In this document: positions 19,497 through 28,585 of the stretch, one piece after another | Layout: the number at the start of each line of letters is the position of its first letter | Position numbering within the stretch: position 1 is the first letter of the stretch | Source: Escherichia phage vB_EcoM_G2540-3 | Length of the DNA stretch: 64,000 bases | Sequence record: MK327944.1 | Strand: one strand, 5' to 3' | Made by a program: the position numbers and the translations under genes | The notes under the pieces: model-generated | What the model saw: the letters and a program-made list of their open reading frames with translations, nothing else | Databases searched by the model: none | What the model was told of the DNA's origin: nothing

Positions 19497-19811
19497 CTAA
19501 AAGAAACTTCTTTCACAATTTTTTCCACTGAACCAAGCGCTCACTGCTTTCTTAGTCTCAGGAGCAGTGTTATCCATAAACCATTCAAAGGCAGCCTTTT
19601 TATGATTCTGGAGGGCTTCTCGGGCTTTAATCTGCTCACGGTCTATTAACACTAACATATGAGCCTTTCTTGTCACCAAGGGCTTCTTATGATTCTTGGA
19701 GTATTCCCAGTCATTTGTCCAACGCATTGTCGTTGCGAACTGATGAATCGCGTCTTTAATTTTAGTTTCATAAATTTCACGAGCCTTTGAGTATAACATC
19801 ACTACCTCCAT
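19497..19811 (-). CDS. Hypothetical protein, 104 aa
   Basis: ORF. Confidence 0.45.
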   Translation of the reverse strand: MEVVMLYSKAREIYETKIKDAIHQFATTMRWTNDWEYSKNHKKPLVTRKAHMLVLIDREQIKAREALQNHKKAAFEWFMDNTAPETKKAVSAWFSGKNCERSFF

Positions 19812-19900
19812 TTACCAGTTTAATTCTAATCATCTTTTTGATGGCAGTCCATATAATCTATTTCTGAACTGCCTTTTTGTCATAGAAGTCCTCTTATGAA

Positions 19901-20869
19901 TTATTTCAGAAGAGTAACCTCAGCAATTTCTTCCCAACCGTTTTTGTCGGTCATAATAAAGTCAGCAAGATAAAGAGCAGTACGCAGTGAAACATTGCGT
20001 AAACGATTAACATTAACTTTCATCCATGATAATGCTTTATAAGTTTCTTCATCAGAAAGACCGCGCTTTTGCATCATGTCAGTTGAAAGAATAACATCTT
20101 CAACCCTGACCATAATTTCTTCATTAGTGTGAACACCCAAATCCAAATAAACCGAGCGGGACACTAATGCTTGTAAATGTGGAGCAAGTTTAGTACCACG
20201 GTCTAATTCGCGGTCAATGTCAACGTTTGTGATAAAAACAATCGTTCCTTTAAATTCAAACTCACGCTCAATGCCTTTTTCTTCTAAGTAAGAAGACGCA
20301 GTGCTCCAGCAGACTTTACGGGTCTCTCCGGTGTCCAGAGCAGCTTTCAGAAGATTAAGAATGTCCATATCAGAGAAAACATCCACATCATCAATCAAAA
20401 GGACAGAATTCTCTTCACGATTATTCCAAAGCTGTTCATAAAGACCAATACCAGAGATTTTACCATTAATGCTTTTATATTCAATGTATCCAATATCATT
20501 TGCTTTATTTAAAGCTTTATCTAAAGAATACGTTTTACCAATGCCTGCCGCACCAGAGATAATTAATGAACGAATGTTTCCGTTAATAATACCATTCGTC
20601 ATCATTCCCATAACATTAAATCTTTTATTAATGCGGGTTTTCATATCTTCATACGATTCTTTAACTTCTTCAACTTTTACACCATCATATGAAATGTCTG
20701 ATTTGTAAACCCAAACACCGCGACGTTTACCGTCAATTTCAACAAAAACTTTACCATCTCCTTGTGCATCTACTGGAGCATTATCTGGGAACCATTCGCC
20801 TAAGAGCTCAAAAGTTCCAGAGATTTCTTTACCGAAGTAGATACCCTTATTGATAGTTACAGTTTTCAT
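19901..20869 (-). CDS. P-loop NTPase (AAA-like), start assumed at MKTVTINKG
   Basis: Walker A GAAGIGKT and Walker B-like VLLIDDVD; internal ATG at 20869 has SD GGAG, and early promoter lies in the first 22 codons of the longer ORF. Confidence 0.55.
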   Translation of the reverse strand: MKTVTINKGIYFGKEISGTFELLGEWFPDNAPVDAQGDGKVFVEIDGKRRGVWVYKSDISYDGVKVEEVKESYEDMKTRINKRFNVMGMMTNGIINGNIRSLIISGAAGIGKTYSLDKALNKANDIGYIEYKSINGKISGIGLYEQLWNNREENSVLLIDDVDVFSDMDILNLLKAALDTGETRKVCWSTASSYLEEKGIEREFEFKGTIVFITNVDIDRELDRGTKLAPHLQALVSRSVYLDLGVHTNEEIMVRVEDVILSTDMMQKRGLSDEETYKALSWMKVNVNRLRNVSLRTALYLADFIMTDKNGWEEIAEVTLLK

Positions 20870-20903
20870 TTTATTCTCCAAATCCGTATCAGTTGATAGT
20901 TGT

Positions 20904-20933
20904 ATAGTACCATAAAGCTTTATGCTTGTAAAC
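20904..20933 (-). promoter_or_regulatory. T4-type early promoter cassette
   Basis: Same cassette as 19465-19494 (TGGTACTATACAACTATCAACT). Confidence 0.55.
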
Positions 20934-20956
20934 AATTTTGTGAAAAAATTTTTGAA

Positions 20957-20984
20957 ATAAAAAAAAGGGAGCCCGAAGGCTCCC
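20957..20984 (-). terminator. Rho-independent terminator (UUCG tetraloop hairpin + U-run)
   Basis: Minus-strand RNA GGGAGCC-UUCG-GGCUCCC followed by UUUUUUUUAU. Confidence 0.6.
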
Positions 20985-20986
20985 TA

Positions 20987-21997
20987 TCATTTATAATAAC
21001 TTCGGTGGTTTTCAAGATAAACCTGTTCGAGGAAATTATTCCAAAAGCTCATATCTACTGTTTTAGGCATACCATTCTTAGAAGCTTCAGTAGATGCTGC
21101 TTCTACTTGATCGACCACATCTTCCAAAAACTCTTGAACTGTTTTAAATGGATGTTTACCCAACTTCACGTCGAGAATAAATGGAGCATCTTGGAGTGGA
21201 TAAACCAAGTCACCAGTTTTGTAAATTTCCAATAGTTGAAGTCCACCACGACAAGCATGACTCAGAGCTTTCCAGTCAATACCTTCATTGGCTTCGGCCT
21301 TACGAGCACGTTCACCATATTCAGCATCTAATTTGTTCAGTGACTGCTTAAGCTCAATAAGAGAAAGAGTTGTCTGATATTTACGACCCAACACTGTGTA
21401 AAACGTTTGTGGGCCTGTTTTCTCATGATTATGGAACACCCATTCACAGAATTCGTTTTCTGGAAGACGATGCTTAATATCTTCAACTTTAGTACGACGC
21501 TGCTTAATGGAACCGTCTTCTTGGTAATCAACCCATTGCTCAGGGATTTGATTAACTACTTTCAATACATCGCGTAATGCAGCCAAACGAGAACCCTTGA
21601 CACCATATTTAGAAGCTTGCTTGCGGACATATCCTAAATAGGATTTCATGTTAGTCGTATAAAAACGAGAACGGTTGTCTTGAATAAACTTCCACACATC
21701 AGGCAAATCAGATTTAACCACTAGTTCAGGTGGAGTGTGAAGCATATCCAATGCTACAGTTTCACCATCTACTGCTAATTTAAAGAAATATTTAAGACTG
21801 TATAGTTCATGGTCAATATCATCTTTAGTGTTTTTAGATGATGTGTTGTTGGTATTTTTACTCATATGCTCTTTAACATTTCCGATAAGAATATCACGAG
21901 CAGGAGGAACAAAGATTTCTTTAAAATCTACATCAGATTCTGGGGTAGAAGTTCCATAAAGATGACTACCAAAATAAGACTTAACTACAGTTTTCAT
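20987..21997 (-). CDS. Nucleotidyltransferase-fold protein (Pol-beta superfamily motif), start assumed at MKTVVKSYF
   Basis: GS-x9-DxD signature GSHLYGTSTPESDVDF close to N-terminus; strong terminator hairpin downstream. Confidence 0.55.
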   Translation of the reverse strand: MKTVVKSYFGSHLYGTSTPESDVDFKEIFVPPARDILIGNVKEHMSKNTNNTSSKNTKDDIDHELYSLKYFFKLAVDGETVALDMLHTPPELVVKSDLPDVWKFIQDNRSRFYTTNMKSYLGYVRKQASKYGVKGSRLAALRDVLKVVNQIPEQWVDYQEDGSIKQRRTKVEDIKHRLPENEFCEWVFHNHEKTGPQTFYTVLGRKYQTTLSLIELKQSLNKLDAEYGERARKAEANEGIDWKALSHACRGGLQLLEIYKTGDLVYPLQDAPFILDVKLGKHPFKTVQEFLEDVVDQVEAASTEASKNGMPKTVDMSFWNNFLEQVYLENHRSYYK

Positions 21998-22760
21998 TAT
22001 TAGACCTTTCATAATCTTCATTAAATTGTACAATCAATCGATGATAATTAGATTTTGGATATCCTAATTTACTTATATAAGTTCCGAATGACCCACGTTT
22101 AGGTCTATTTAATTTAATCCATAACTTATAAAGTAAGTCATAGTCTTGCCAATGTTTACCAGTTCTTTGTCTAATTTTAGATGAATTTGATTGTTTCTTT
22201 TTAGTTTCAAAATTATTCAAAGATTTTTTGACTGCAGCAGAGTGTTTTTCTTTAACTCCCGGTCGTTTAAAAGCAGCTTTCACCCCTTTAGATATTTTTT
22301 CTTTAACTTCCGGTTTGTTTTGTGCTTCTAACTGGGATTCTGAAATTTTAGCCCTTATTTCAGGAAGACTTAATGTTATCGAACGTTTTTCTCTGTATTC
22401 ATTAGACTTCCACATTTCTTTCATTGTATTAGAATGTATTTTTGAAAATTTTTCTCTAACTAACTGATATCCTCTTGAAGTTAATTTGAGATTTCTTCCT
22501 AAAGAATCTTCTCCAAAATTATAAAATGACCACCATGCATAAATTAATCCAGGCGAATTATAATGAATTTTAGCTAAAAGCCAATGGGCTATAAAATGCT
22601 CTCTAGCTGTTAATAAAACTAGATTATCAGAATCATCATTACCACCAATACAAGATGGAATAATATGATGCTTTTCCGTATAAAAATTTAATTTAGATTT
22701 ATCTAATTTTCTGAGTTTTCCTTTCTTAATTAAATTATTATATACTTTAGTATAATTCAT
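21981..22760 (-). CDS. mobD: HNH homing endonuclease MobD-like, 259 aa
   Basis: MNYTKVYNNLI N-terminus and HHIIPSCIGGNDDSDNLVLLTAREH block; position between nrdC-side unknown genes and rI matches recalled T4 mobD. Confidence 0.65.
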   Translation of the reverse strand: MNYTKVYNNLIKKGKLRKLDKSKLNFYTEKHHIIPSCIGGNDDSDNLVLLTAREHFIAHWLLAKIHYNSPGLIYAWWSFYNFGEDSLGRNLKLTSRGYQLVREKFSKIHSNTMKEMWKSNEYREKRSITLSLPEIRAKISESQLEAQNKPEVKEKISKGVKAAFKRPGVKEKHSAAVKKSLNNFETKKKQSNSSKIRQRTGKHWQDYDLLYKLWIKLNRPKRGSFGTYISKLGYPKSNYHRLIVQFNEDYERSNNENCS

Positions 22761-22834
22761 TGGTTCTTCGTCTCATTTAATTTTGCTTTGCATTTATAAC
22801 ACATGTCTGTTCCACTTGAAATAAACATATTTCC

Positions 22835-23401
22835 TCACTTTGAAATCATAGTTGGAATGACAGAATCAAGATAAGTCTTTAGCGCAATAGCTTCGTCTTT
22901 TGTAAATGTAACAATATGTGCTCGAAAATCGTCAATTTGGCGAATAGTTAAGACATCTCCTTCTTCATAACATTTTGATACATTTAAAACAGTTTCATCA
23001 TTCTGATCGCACTGATCGCAAGCGTTAGTAATAATAGCATTGCAATTTTTGAGCCATTTTAAACTATGTTTTCTTTCATTAGAATAATAAAAATATTTAA
23101 TCTTAGCTATAAAACTATCCCAATGGATAACTGATAAACACATTGACTCACTTTTAATATTAAATCCTGGGCATGAAGAATAAAAATGAATTTTGTGCTC
23201 ATCATTGATGCTTACTATTTTATCAGTATAAGGATATTCAATTTGGATTAAATGAACGATTTCACTAGGCGTAAAATATAGCATATCGTCTTCTTGCGTC
23301 AAACGATACATGTTATTTACTTTTTCTATAGCCAATTCACCAAAAAGCGGACTAACTTCTAATACTAATCGTTTCATATTGATTCTCTTCGACTCACTCA
23401 C
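22835..23401 (-). CDS. Hypothetical Cys-rich protein, 188 aa
   Basis: ORF. Confidence 0.45.
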   Translation of the reverse strand: MSESKRINMKRLVLEVSPLFGELAIEKVNNMYRLTQEDDMLYFTPSEIVHLIQIEYPYTDKIVSINDEHKIHFYSSCPGFNIKSESMCLSVIHWDSFIAKIKYFYYSNERKHSLKWLKNCNAIITNACDQCDQNDETVLNVSKCYEEGDVLTIRQIDDFRAHIVTFTKDEAIALKTYLDSVIPTMISK

Positions 23402-23536
23402 AATTACATACTCCTTTGAATAATATCAATAATGTTGTTCACCAGATTATAAGTAAACATTGGGTAATTATATTGAATCATCACATACACAACAAACAAA
23501 ACTTTCATTCTCTTCTCCTTGACCGTTGACAAGATT

Positions 23537-23566
23537 ACTATACCATAACCTTGTCAACTTGTAAAC
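23537..23566 (-). promoter_or_regulatory. T4-type early promoter with flanking inverted repeat
   Basis: GTTTACA-17-TATAGT; 9-bp inverted repeat GTTGACAAG (23525-23533) / CTTGTCAAC (23550-23558) brackets the -10. Confidence 0.5.
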
Positions 23567-23731
23567 CATTAAATGACGTTTTCAATAAAATTCTGAAGCT
23601 TTGTGTGAGCATCAACCATAATTTTCATTTCTTCCTTTGCGAAAGCTGTACCTCTTTCCCGAGCAGAATACTCATAGTCAGAAACTGCATTAGCATATTC
23701 TTCAATTAGCTTCATTAAAAACATTTGCTTT

Positions 23732-23962
23732 TCAGTTTTCATTATTCCACCTAATCATTTCAAGATATTGAACTAACTTAGCTTTGGATTTATCCAAATC
23801 CTTTTTAGCTGCTTCTATACCGTCGTATGAATATCCTTCACAGTGCTCAACTGCCAATTGATATGAATCTATTTCAATATCACGTGCTAATTTAATGATT
23901 TTTTCAAACTGTTCACGTGTTAGCATACTAAACTCTCGTATTATGATCAATAATTTCATCAA
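23732..23962 (-). CDS. Hypothetical protein, 76 aa
   Basis: ORF. Confidence 0.35.
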   Translation of the reverse strand: MMKLLIIIREFSMLTREQFEKIIKLARDIEIDSYQLAVEHCEGYSYDGIEAAKKDLDKSKAKLVQYLEMIRWNNEN

Positions 23963-24167
23963 GAAACATATCTAACGCTTCTAAAGCATTATCAACTTTA
24001 GCTTCAAATTTTTCAATACCTTTATTTGCAATGCCTGCCGAAAACCAAGCAAAGTCACTAAGTTCCTCATCTGCTTTGCGAATTAAAGCTACCAATTCTT
24101 TAATTTTATCTGCTTGTTCAATTCTAGTCATTATTCCACCACATATGAAAGAGAGAATATTGCACAC
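23928..24167 (-). CDS. Hypothetical protein, 79 aa
   Basis: ORF. Confidence 0.35.
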   Translation of the reverse strand: MCNILSFICGGIMTRIEQADKIKELVALIRKADEELSDFAWFSAGIANKGIEKFEAKVDNALEALDMFLDEIIDHNTRV

Positions 24168-24319
24168 GCCATATGAGTTGCAGCTTCATCACACATATCA
24201 TAACGTTTCTTAAGAAGTTCTACAAGTTCTTCACTAGTAACTTCATCCATGTCGACGAAAAAATCACCATTAATGATGACGTAGATATTTCCTTCTTGAT
24301 TGAGTGCTTCAATTTTCAT
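24131..24319 (-). CDS. Hypothetical protein (start assumed at [16 protein letters not shown])
   Basis: ORF 24131-24364 on track; early promoter cassette upstream. Confidence 0.35.
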   Translation of the reverse strand: MKIEALNQEGNIYVIINGDFFVDMDEVTSEELVELLKKRYDMCDEAATHMACAIFSLSYVVE

Positions 24320-24347
24320 GATGTTCTCCTCTTTATCCGATAGTTGT

Positions 24348-24377
24348 ATAGTACCACAGCTCAAACGGAAAGTAAAC
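24348..24377 (-). promoter_or_regulatory. T4-type early promoter cassette
   Basis: GTTTACT-17-TACTAT with conserved leader. Confidence 0.5.
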
Positions 24378-24385
24378 CGGCAAAA

Positions 24386-24410
24386 TGAAAAAAGTCTCCC
24401 GAAGGAGACT
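24386..24410 (-). terminator. Rho-independent terminator (UUCG tetraloop hairpin + U-run)
   Basis: Minus-strand RNA AGUCUCC-UUCG-GGAGACU followed by UUUUUUC. Confidence 0.55.
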
Positions 24411-24414
24411 AATG

Positions 24415-24801
24415 TTATTCGAGGGAAAGAAGATACTTACTCTGGTAAAACATTCCAGTAATATCATCTATCGTGCTTTGAATGGCTGGAGGCATTTCTT
24501 TATAAATGCTGTTAGATTGATCTAGTATGCGATCAATCATTTTAATTGTGTCGGTAGGAAGTTTACTGGCATCTGGAATTGAAGGCGTGTATTTTCTACC
24601 AGAATACCCCAAATATTGCTCACCAAATTTATCAATCAAATCTGGCAACTCGGAGAAAATAAAATCGTATGCTTTGTGTCTAGCATAACTTTTAGTTTCA
24701 AAATGTGCAGAATGAAAATAAGCTTGTGCAGCCATTAATAAACCTAAGTATTCATCTGCCTTTGAAGGTTTTCCACTTTGTGAAAAGTCGCTGAATTTCA
24801 T
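24415..24801 (-). CDS. Hypothetical protein rI.-1-like, 128 aa
   Basis: Synteny directly upstream-adjacent to rI. Confidence 0.45.
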   Translation of the reverse strand: MKFSDFSQSGKPSKADEYLGLLMAAQAYFHSAHFETKSYARHKAYDFIFSELPDLIDKFGEQYLGYSGRKYTPSIPDASKLPTDTIKMIDRILDQSNSIYKEMPPAIQSTIDDITGMFYQSKYLLSLE

Positions 24802-25091
24802 TCAGTCTCCAATTTAATGTTCATAATTCTAGCGTATGATTGTGCCATCTCCGCGCCTCGCTCTATACATTCAAAATCGGAAGAGCACGGGTCATTTTTA
24901 TAAGTCGTTCGCATAAAACTATAGAACTGTTCAGATGATTCTACGCTTTTGTTTTCAAAAAGCATATAAACGTGTCTAATACCAGATTCCATAAATTTAT
25001 CAAAATGAGAATCGACATTCGCTTCAATTGGTGGAGATAAAGCAAATGCTAATCCTAGCATGGCAAATAGTGCCGTTGCTTTTAAGGCCAT
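24798..25091 (-). CDS. rI: Lysis inhibition regulator RI, 97 aa
   Basis: 97 aa, N-terminal signal-anchor MALKATALFAMLGLAFALSP; matches recalled T4 RI sequence closely. Confidence 0.8.
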   Translation of the reverse strand: MALKATALFAMLGLAFALSPPIEANVDSHFDKFMESGIRHVYMLFENKSVESSEQFYSFMRTTYKNDPCSSDFECIERGAEMAQSYARIMNIKLETE

Positions 25092-25103
25092 AAAGGCCTC
25101 CTA

Positions 25104-25316
25104 TCATTTTTGTCCTGTATTTACTTTATGCCGATGCACGGCCTTAACTTTATCAAGGTATTTTTCAAAATTTCGCAATCTAGTATAGTCTGCCGGAGAT
25201 TGGTTGAGTGATACTTCTCGACGCAAAGCTGAAATGATATTTCCAACTTCCCTACGAATTTCATCTAATTGAAGAACAGTAAGATTGCGAAGTTGCTTTT
25301 CAGTTAATTGTAGCAT
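25104..25316 (-). CDS. Hypothetical protein rI.1-like, 70 aa
   Basis: Synteny between tk and rI. Confidence 0.4.
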
Positions 25317-25341
25317 ATATACCCCTTTAGTTAGATAAACC

Positions 25342-25349
25342 TATTTATA
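25342..25349 (-). promoter_or_regulatory. Late promoter TATAAATA (minus strand) upstream of rI.1/rI
   Basis: Plus strand TATTTATA about 26 nt upstream of the 25316 start. Confidence 0.4.
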
Positions 25350-25358
25350 ACTTTTGCA

Positions 25359-25940
25359 CTAACCGAGCTTTTTAGTTAATTCATTCCAATGTTTTCTACA
25401 CAAAGAAACATAAATTTCATCACCAATACAGATTTGATTACCTTCTTTAACTGGTGTTCCATCTTCCATTAATCGAGCTGTTATAATAGCTTTTTTACCA
25501 CAATGACAAACTGCCTTTAGTTCAATAAGTTTATCTGCAATCGCCAAAAGTTCTTTAGAACCTTCAAATAATTTTCCAGCGAAATCAGTCCTTAGCCCAT
25601 AAGCCATAACAGGAACATTATATGTATCAACAATTCGACTTAATTGATGCACCTGTTCAGTTTTTAAAAACTGAGCTTCATCTACAAATACACAATGAAT
25701 ATCTTTTTGTGCTTCAGCCCATTTATAGAACTCAAAAATATCCATATCATCCGTAATAATATTCGCTTCCTGCTTAATTCCAATGCGAGAAACGACTTCA
25801 CAGACAGAATCGCGAGTATCAATAGCAGGCTTAAGAACTAATACACCCATTCCGCGTTCTTTATAATTATGTGCAGCAGTCAAAAGAGAAGCAGATTTTC
25901 CAGCATTCATTGCTGCGTAAGTAAAAATTAAACTCGCCAT
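25359..25940 (-). CDS. tk: Thymidine kinase, 193 aa
   Basis: P-loop NAGKSAS, 193 aa, C-terminal zinc-binding Cys pairs (CHCG...CRKHW). Confidence 0.9.
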   Translation of the reverse strand: MASLIFTYAAMNAGKSASLLTAAHNYKERGMGVLVLKPAIDTRDSVCEVVSRIGIKQEANIITDDMDIFEFYKWAEAQKDIHCVFVDEAQFLKTEQVHQLSRIVDTYNVPVMAYGLRTDFAGKLFEGSKELLAIADKLIELKAVCHCGKKAIITARLMEDGTPVKEGNQICIGDEIYVSLCRKHWNELTKKLG

Positions 25941-25949
25941 ATCACCTTC

Positions 25950-26135
25950 TTAAAGCATATTCACATAAGCTATTAATTCGTTTTCTTTCTTATCAAACCG
26001 ATCAGCAAATTCTTCTTGCTGTTCGGGAGATAGCGGGCCGTATTCATCATAAAAGGTGTTTGCTTCTGTATGCTCATCTAGAAGTTCATGGATAAGCTCA
26101 AACAATTTATCTTTTTGTTCTTTACTCAGACTCAT
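25950..26135 (-). CDS. Hypothetical acidic protein, 61 aa
   Basis: ORF downstream of tk. Confidence 0.4.
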   Translation of the reverse strand: MSLSKEQKDKLFELIHELLDEHTEANTFYDEYGPLSPEQQEEFADRFDKKENELIAYVNML

Positions 26136-26301
26136 ATATTAATTTCCAGGAGTTTTAAAATAATTCGCTTTTGCTTAAATATTTCCATAGTTAAATGACC
26201 AGTATCTTTTTGACCGATTCCAATGGCAAAACCTTTATTGACAGCGAGTTCAATTAAATTATCAAGCTCACGTAACACTTCATACTGTAACTCAAAACTA
26301 T

Positions 26302-26514
26302 TCATTTCGGTTTACCTTCTTTAACGAAATCTGGATAAGGATAAAATCCCGAATAAAATCCTTCACCTTTATGATTGATGCATCCTTTATTAGAACAATA
26401 GCACCAATAATCGAAATCACAAGCCATTTCATCGTTGCATAAAGCAAAAACAACTGGCCATTTACACTTTTCACAATGGGCATTTTTAAGAATACTAGTT
26501 TGGCTCATAACCAT
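26302..26514 (-). CDS. Cys-rich small protein, 70 aa
   Basis: Many Cys (CEKCKW...CNDEMACDFDYWCYCSNKGC); preferred over overlapping 26298-26483 frame. Confidence 0.4.
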   Translation of the reverse strand: MVMSQTSILKNAHCEKCKWPVVFALCNDEMACDFDYWCYCSNKGCINHKGEGFYSGFYPYPDFVKEGKPK

Positions 26515-26732
26515 GTAACCTTTAAGCAGTATTCTTCTACATGCTGTTTACGACCTTTCTTATCAATAAAGGTATATTCAACGAATGTTCCAATGTAGTC
26601 TTTATCTACATCATGCGGACTATTAATTGGACATTTAGTACGGCAAATGCGTTCCCATTGACGAATAATTACTGCCTTATTCTTTGGGTCATATGGATGT
26701 GGATAATGTATATTCATAATAACGGTTCCCAA
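26505..26732 (-). CDS. Hypothetical protein, 75 aa
   Basis: ORF. Confidence 0.4.
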   Translation of the reverse strand: MGTVIMNIHYPHPYDPKNKAVIIRQWERICRTKCPINSPHDVDKDYIGTFVEYTFIDKKGRKQHVEEYCLKVTWL

Positions 26733-27181
26733 TCAACAATCACAATTTCTAATTTAGAGGAATATGTATCTAAAATCCCCTCAATAATATCCCAGTTCCC
26801 TTTACCTATGCCTGCACCAATCCTAGGCATATAGATTGTAGGTTTAATCAGTTTATTTTCACCAAACTCATTTAATTCTAACATACAATTCATTAAAGCG
26901 GAATACTCAAAATTTGGCCCTGGTTGAAATTGAGTATAAAGGTTGAAGCAATACGCTTTATGAGTCCTAAAATATTTTTCATAGACTGAGTAAGAACCGA
27001 GTTTAGTTACATCACCCCATTCAGTCTGTAATTTATCAGCTTCCAAAATTTTAGGGAAAGCTTTGGTTAATTGACCCGCTACGCCTGAACCCATAGTATG
27101 AAAACAATTGCATCCATGCGCAATATTTTTACCTTCAGCGAAAAGGGCGACAATATCGCCCTTGATATATTTTACAATCAT
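26714..27181 (-). CDS. Macro domain (ADP-ribose binding/processing) protein, 155 aa
   Basis: Macro-domain-like N-terminus KGDIV...NIAHGCNCFHTMGSGVAGQL. Confidence 0.55.
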   Translation of the reverse strand: MIVKYIKGDIVALFAEGKNIAHGCNCFHTMGSGVAGQLTKAFPKILEADKLQTEWGDVTKLGSYSVYEKYFRTHKAYCFNLYTQFQPGPNFEYSALMNCMLELNEFGENKLIKPTIYMPRIGAGIGKGNWDIIEGILDTYSSKLEIVIVDWEPLL

Positions 27182-27519
27182 CTAGTACTCAATCCTCGAT
27201 TATAAGAATCTACCAAACGGTCAACCATTGAATGACAAGCGGCTTTATCTTTCTCCTCCGCAACTGAACATTCTAAGGTATTCCACTTTTTAGCATATCG
27301 TTTTAATAATGTATCGTTTTTGTATCTGCTTGATTTATCTCTTTCTCCGTCTTTATATGCATATATTAATTTCTGCGCAAATTCAGCTTGGCATGCTTTA
27401 TTTTTCCCACAATAATCTGCCGCAGTGCGATTTACATATTCTCTAATTTCAGTATATGATGTATCTGCTAACGCAGAAAATGAAATTAATCCTATACATA
27501 AAACCAAAATTTTAGTCAT
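27178..27519 (-). CDS. Secreted Cys-containing protein, 113 aa
   Basis: Signal peptide MTKILVLCIGLISFSALA. Confidence 0.45.
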   Translation of the reverse strand: MTKILVLCIGLISFSALADTSYTEIREYVNRTAADYCGKNKACQAEFAQKLIYAYKDGERDKSSRYKNDTLLKRYAKKWNTLECSVAEEKDKAACHSMVDRLVDSYNRGLSTR

Positions 27520-28057
27520 TTACTATTTCCAAAAGTTTATTATTTTTAAGGTAATTAGCCTTTTCTAGGACTTCAGAAGCATATTTAGAACCTGCTTTAA
27601 CATTCCATCCCGAATTATAAGATGATATTGCTTTTCTTATATCGCCCTTATGTATATTTAACCAATAAGAAAGTTCAATGTACGCCCAGGAAGCTGAATT
27701 GGATCGTTTATTCAACATTCTTTTTATTTCAGCATCGGTCATATTATAACCAAGTTCCTTAACTCTTGCTCGCATAGTAGGCAAATAATTTTGGAACATT
27801 CCATAAGCGTGATGCTTTGGTTTAGATTTTAAATTAACTCCGCCAGAGCTTTCTTGCCATAAAATAGCAGCCATTATATGACCTAATCCGCTCTTGTGGA
27901 TATTTTTGTGTGTTTTATATTTTCCATCCTTAGAAAATTGTTCCCCGAATTGATACGCGTAACGCATGTTATCGAGTTGGACATTACTGAAAGTATGCTC
28001 GGAGCTATGTGCCATCATTGAAATGGCCAATAGACCAGCGAGTAGTGCTTTTCTCAT
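27512..28057 (-). CDS. Periplasmic lytic transglycosylase-like protein (SLT domain), 181 aa
   Basis: Signal peptide MRKALLAGLLAISMMAHS; SLT motifs ILWQESSGG, AYGMFQ, SSYNSG. Confidence 0.55.
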   Translation of the reverse strand: MRKALLAGLLAISMMAHSSEHTFSNVQLDNMRYAYQFGEQFSKDGKYKTHKNIHKSGLGHIMAAILWQESSGGVNLKSKPKHHAYGMFQNYLPTMRARVKELGYNMTDAEIKRMLNKRSNSASWAYIELSYWLNIHKGDIRKAISSYNSGWNVKAGSKYASEVLEKANYLKNNKLLEIVND

Positions 28058-28064
28058 GCTTACC

Positions 28065-28526
28065 TCATTGAGTTTTAATTACTGCTTTAGAAGCCTTTCC
28101 TGGTAAACGACGACTGTTGATAATTGCCATCCTGCATTGAAGTGACGGGTTTTTGAACTTCTCGTTAGGTTTACAAACTGTAAATCCAAGCCAAAGATTT
28201 CCATCTGTGATTTCTAAACGTCCAGGACGATATTCAACCCCATCAATAAAATCCTCGTCAATGTCAGGACGCGGAGGCATACTCAGGAATTCATTAACTT
28301 CTAAAACATGGTCTTTTATTTTATGGAATAATTCAAAAACATATGTCTCATCAATCTCCCGTTGAATTGCACGATCAAGAAGATGTTGAGAATATTTTAG
28401 ATGAAACGATGAGACTCCTGCTGCTTTTGATGCCTCACGAATCTCATTGTTAATTTGACGAAACTCCGACTCAAAATGACGACGAAGCTTATTTCTACGG
28501 ATAAAAACTTCTGTATTGATAGTCAT
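28065..28526 (-). CDS. regB: RegB-like endoribonuclease, 153 aa
   Basis: 153 aa (size of T4 RegB) in the expected position between tk-side genes and denV; SD GAGGAG; no motif-level confirmation. Confidence 0.5.
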   Translation of the reverse strand: MTINTEVFIRRNKLRRHFESEFRQINNEIREASKAAGVSSFHLKYSQHLLDRAIQREIDETYVFELFHKIKDHVLEVNEFLSMPPRPDIDEDFIDGVEYRPGRLEITDGNLWLGFTVCKPNEKFKNPSLQCRMAIINSRRLPGKASKAVIKTQ

Positions 28527-28553
28527 GTTATTCTCCTCTTAACTGATAGAAAA

Positions 28554-28585
28554 ATTATACCACAGTCAAGAGGAAAAGTAAACAG
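28554..28585 (-). promoter_or_regulatory. T4-type early promoter upstream of regB-like gene
   Basis: Minus strand TGTTTAC then about 17 nt then TGGTATAAT. Confidence 0.45.
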
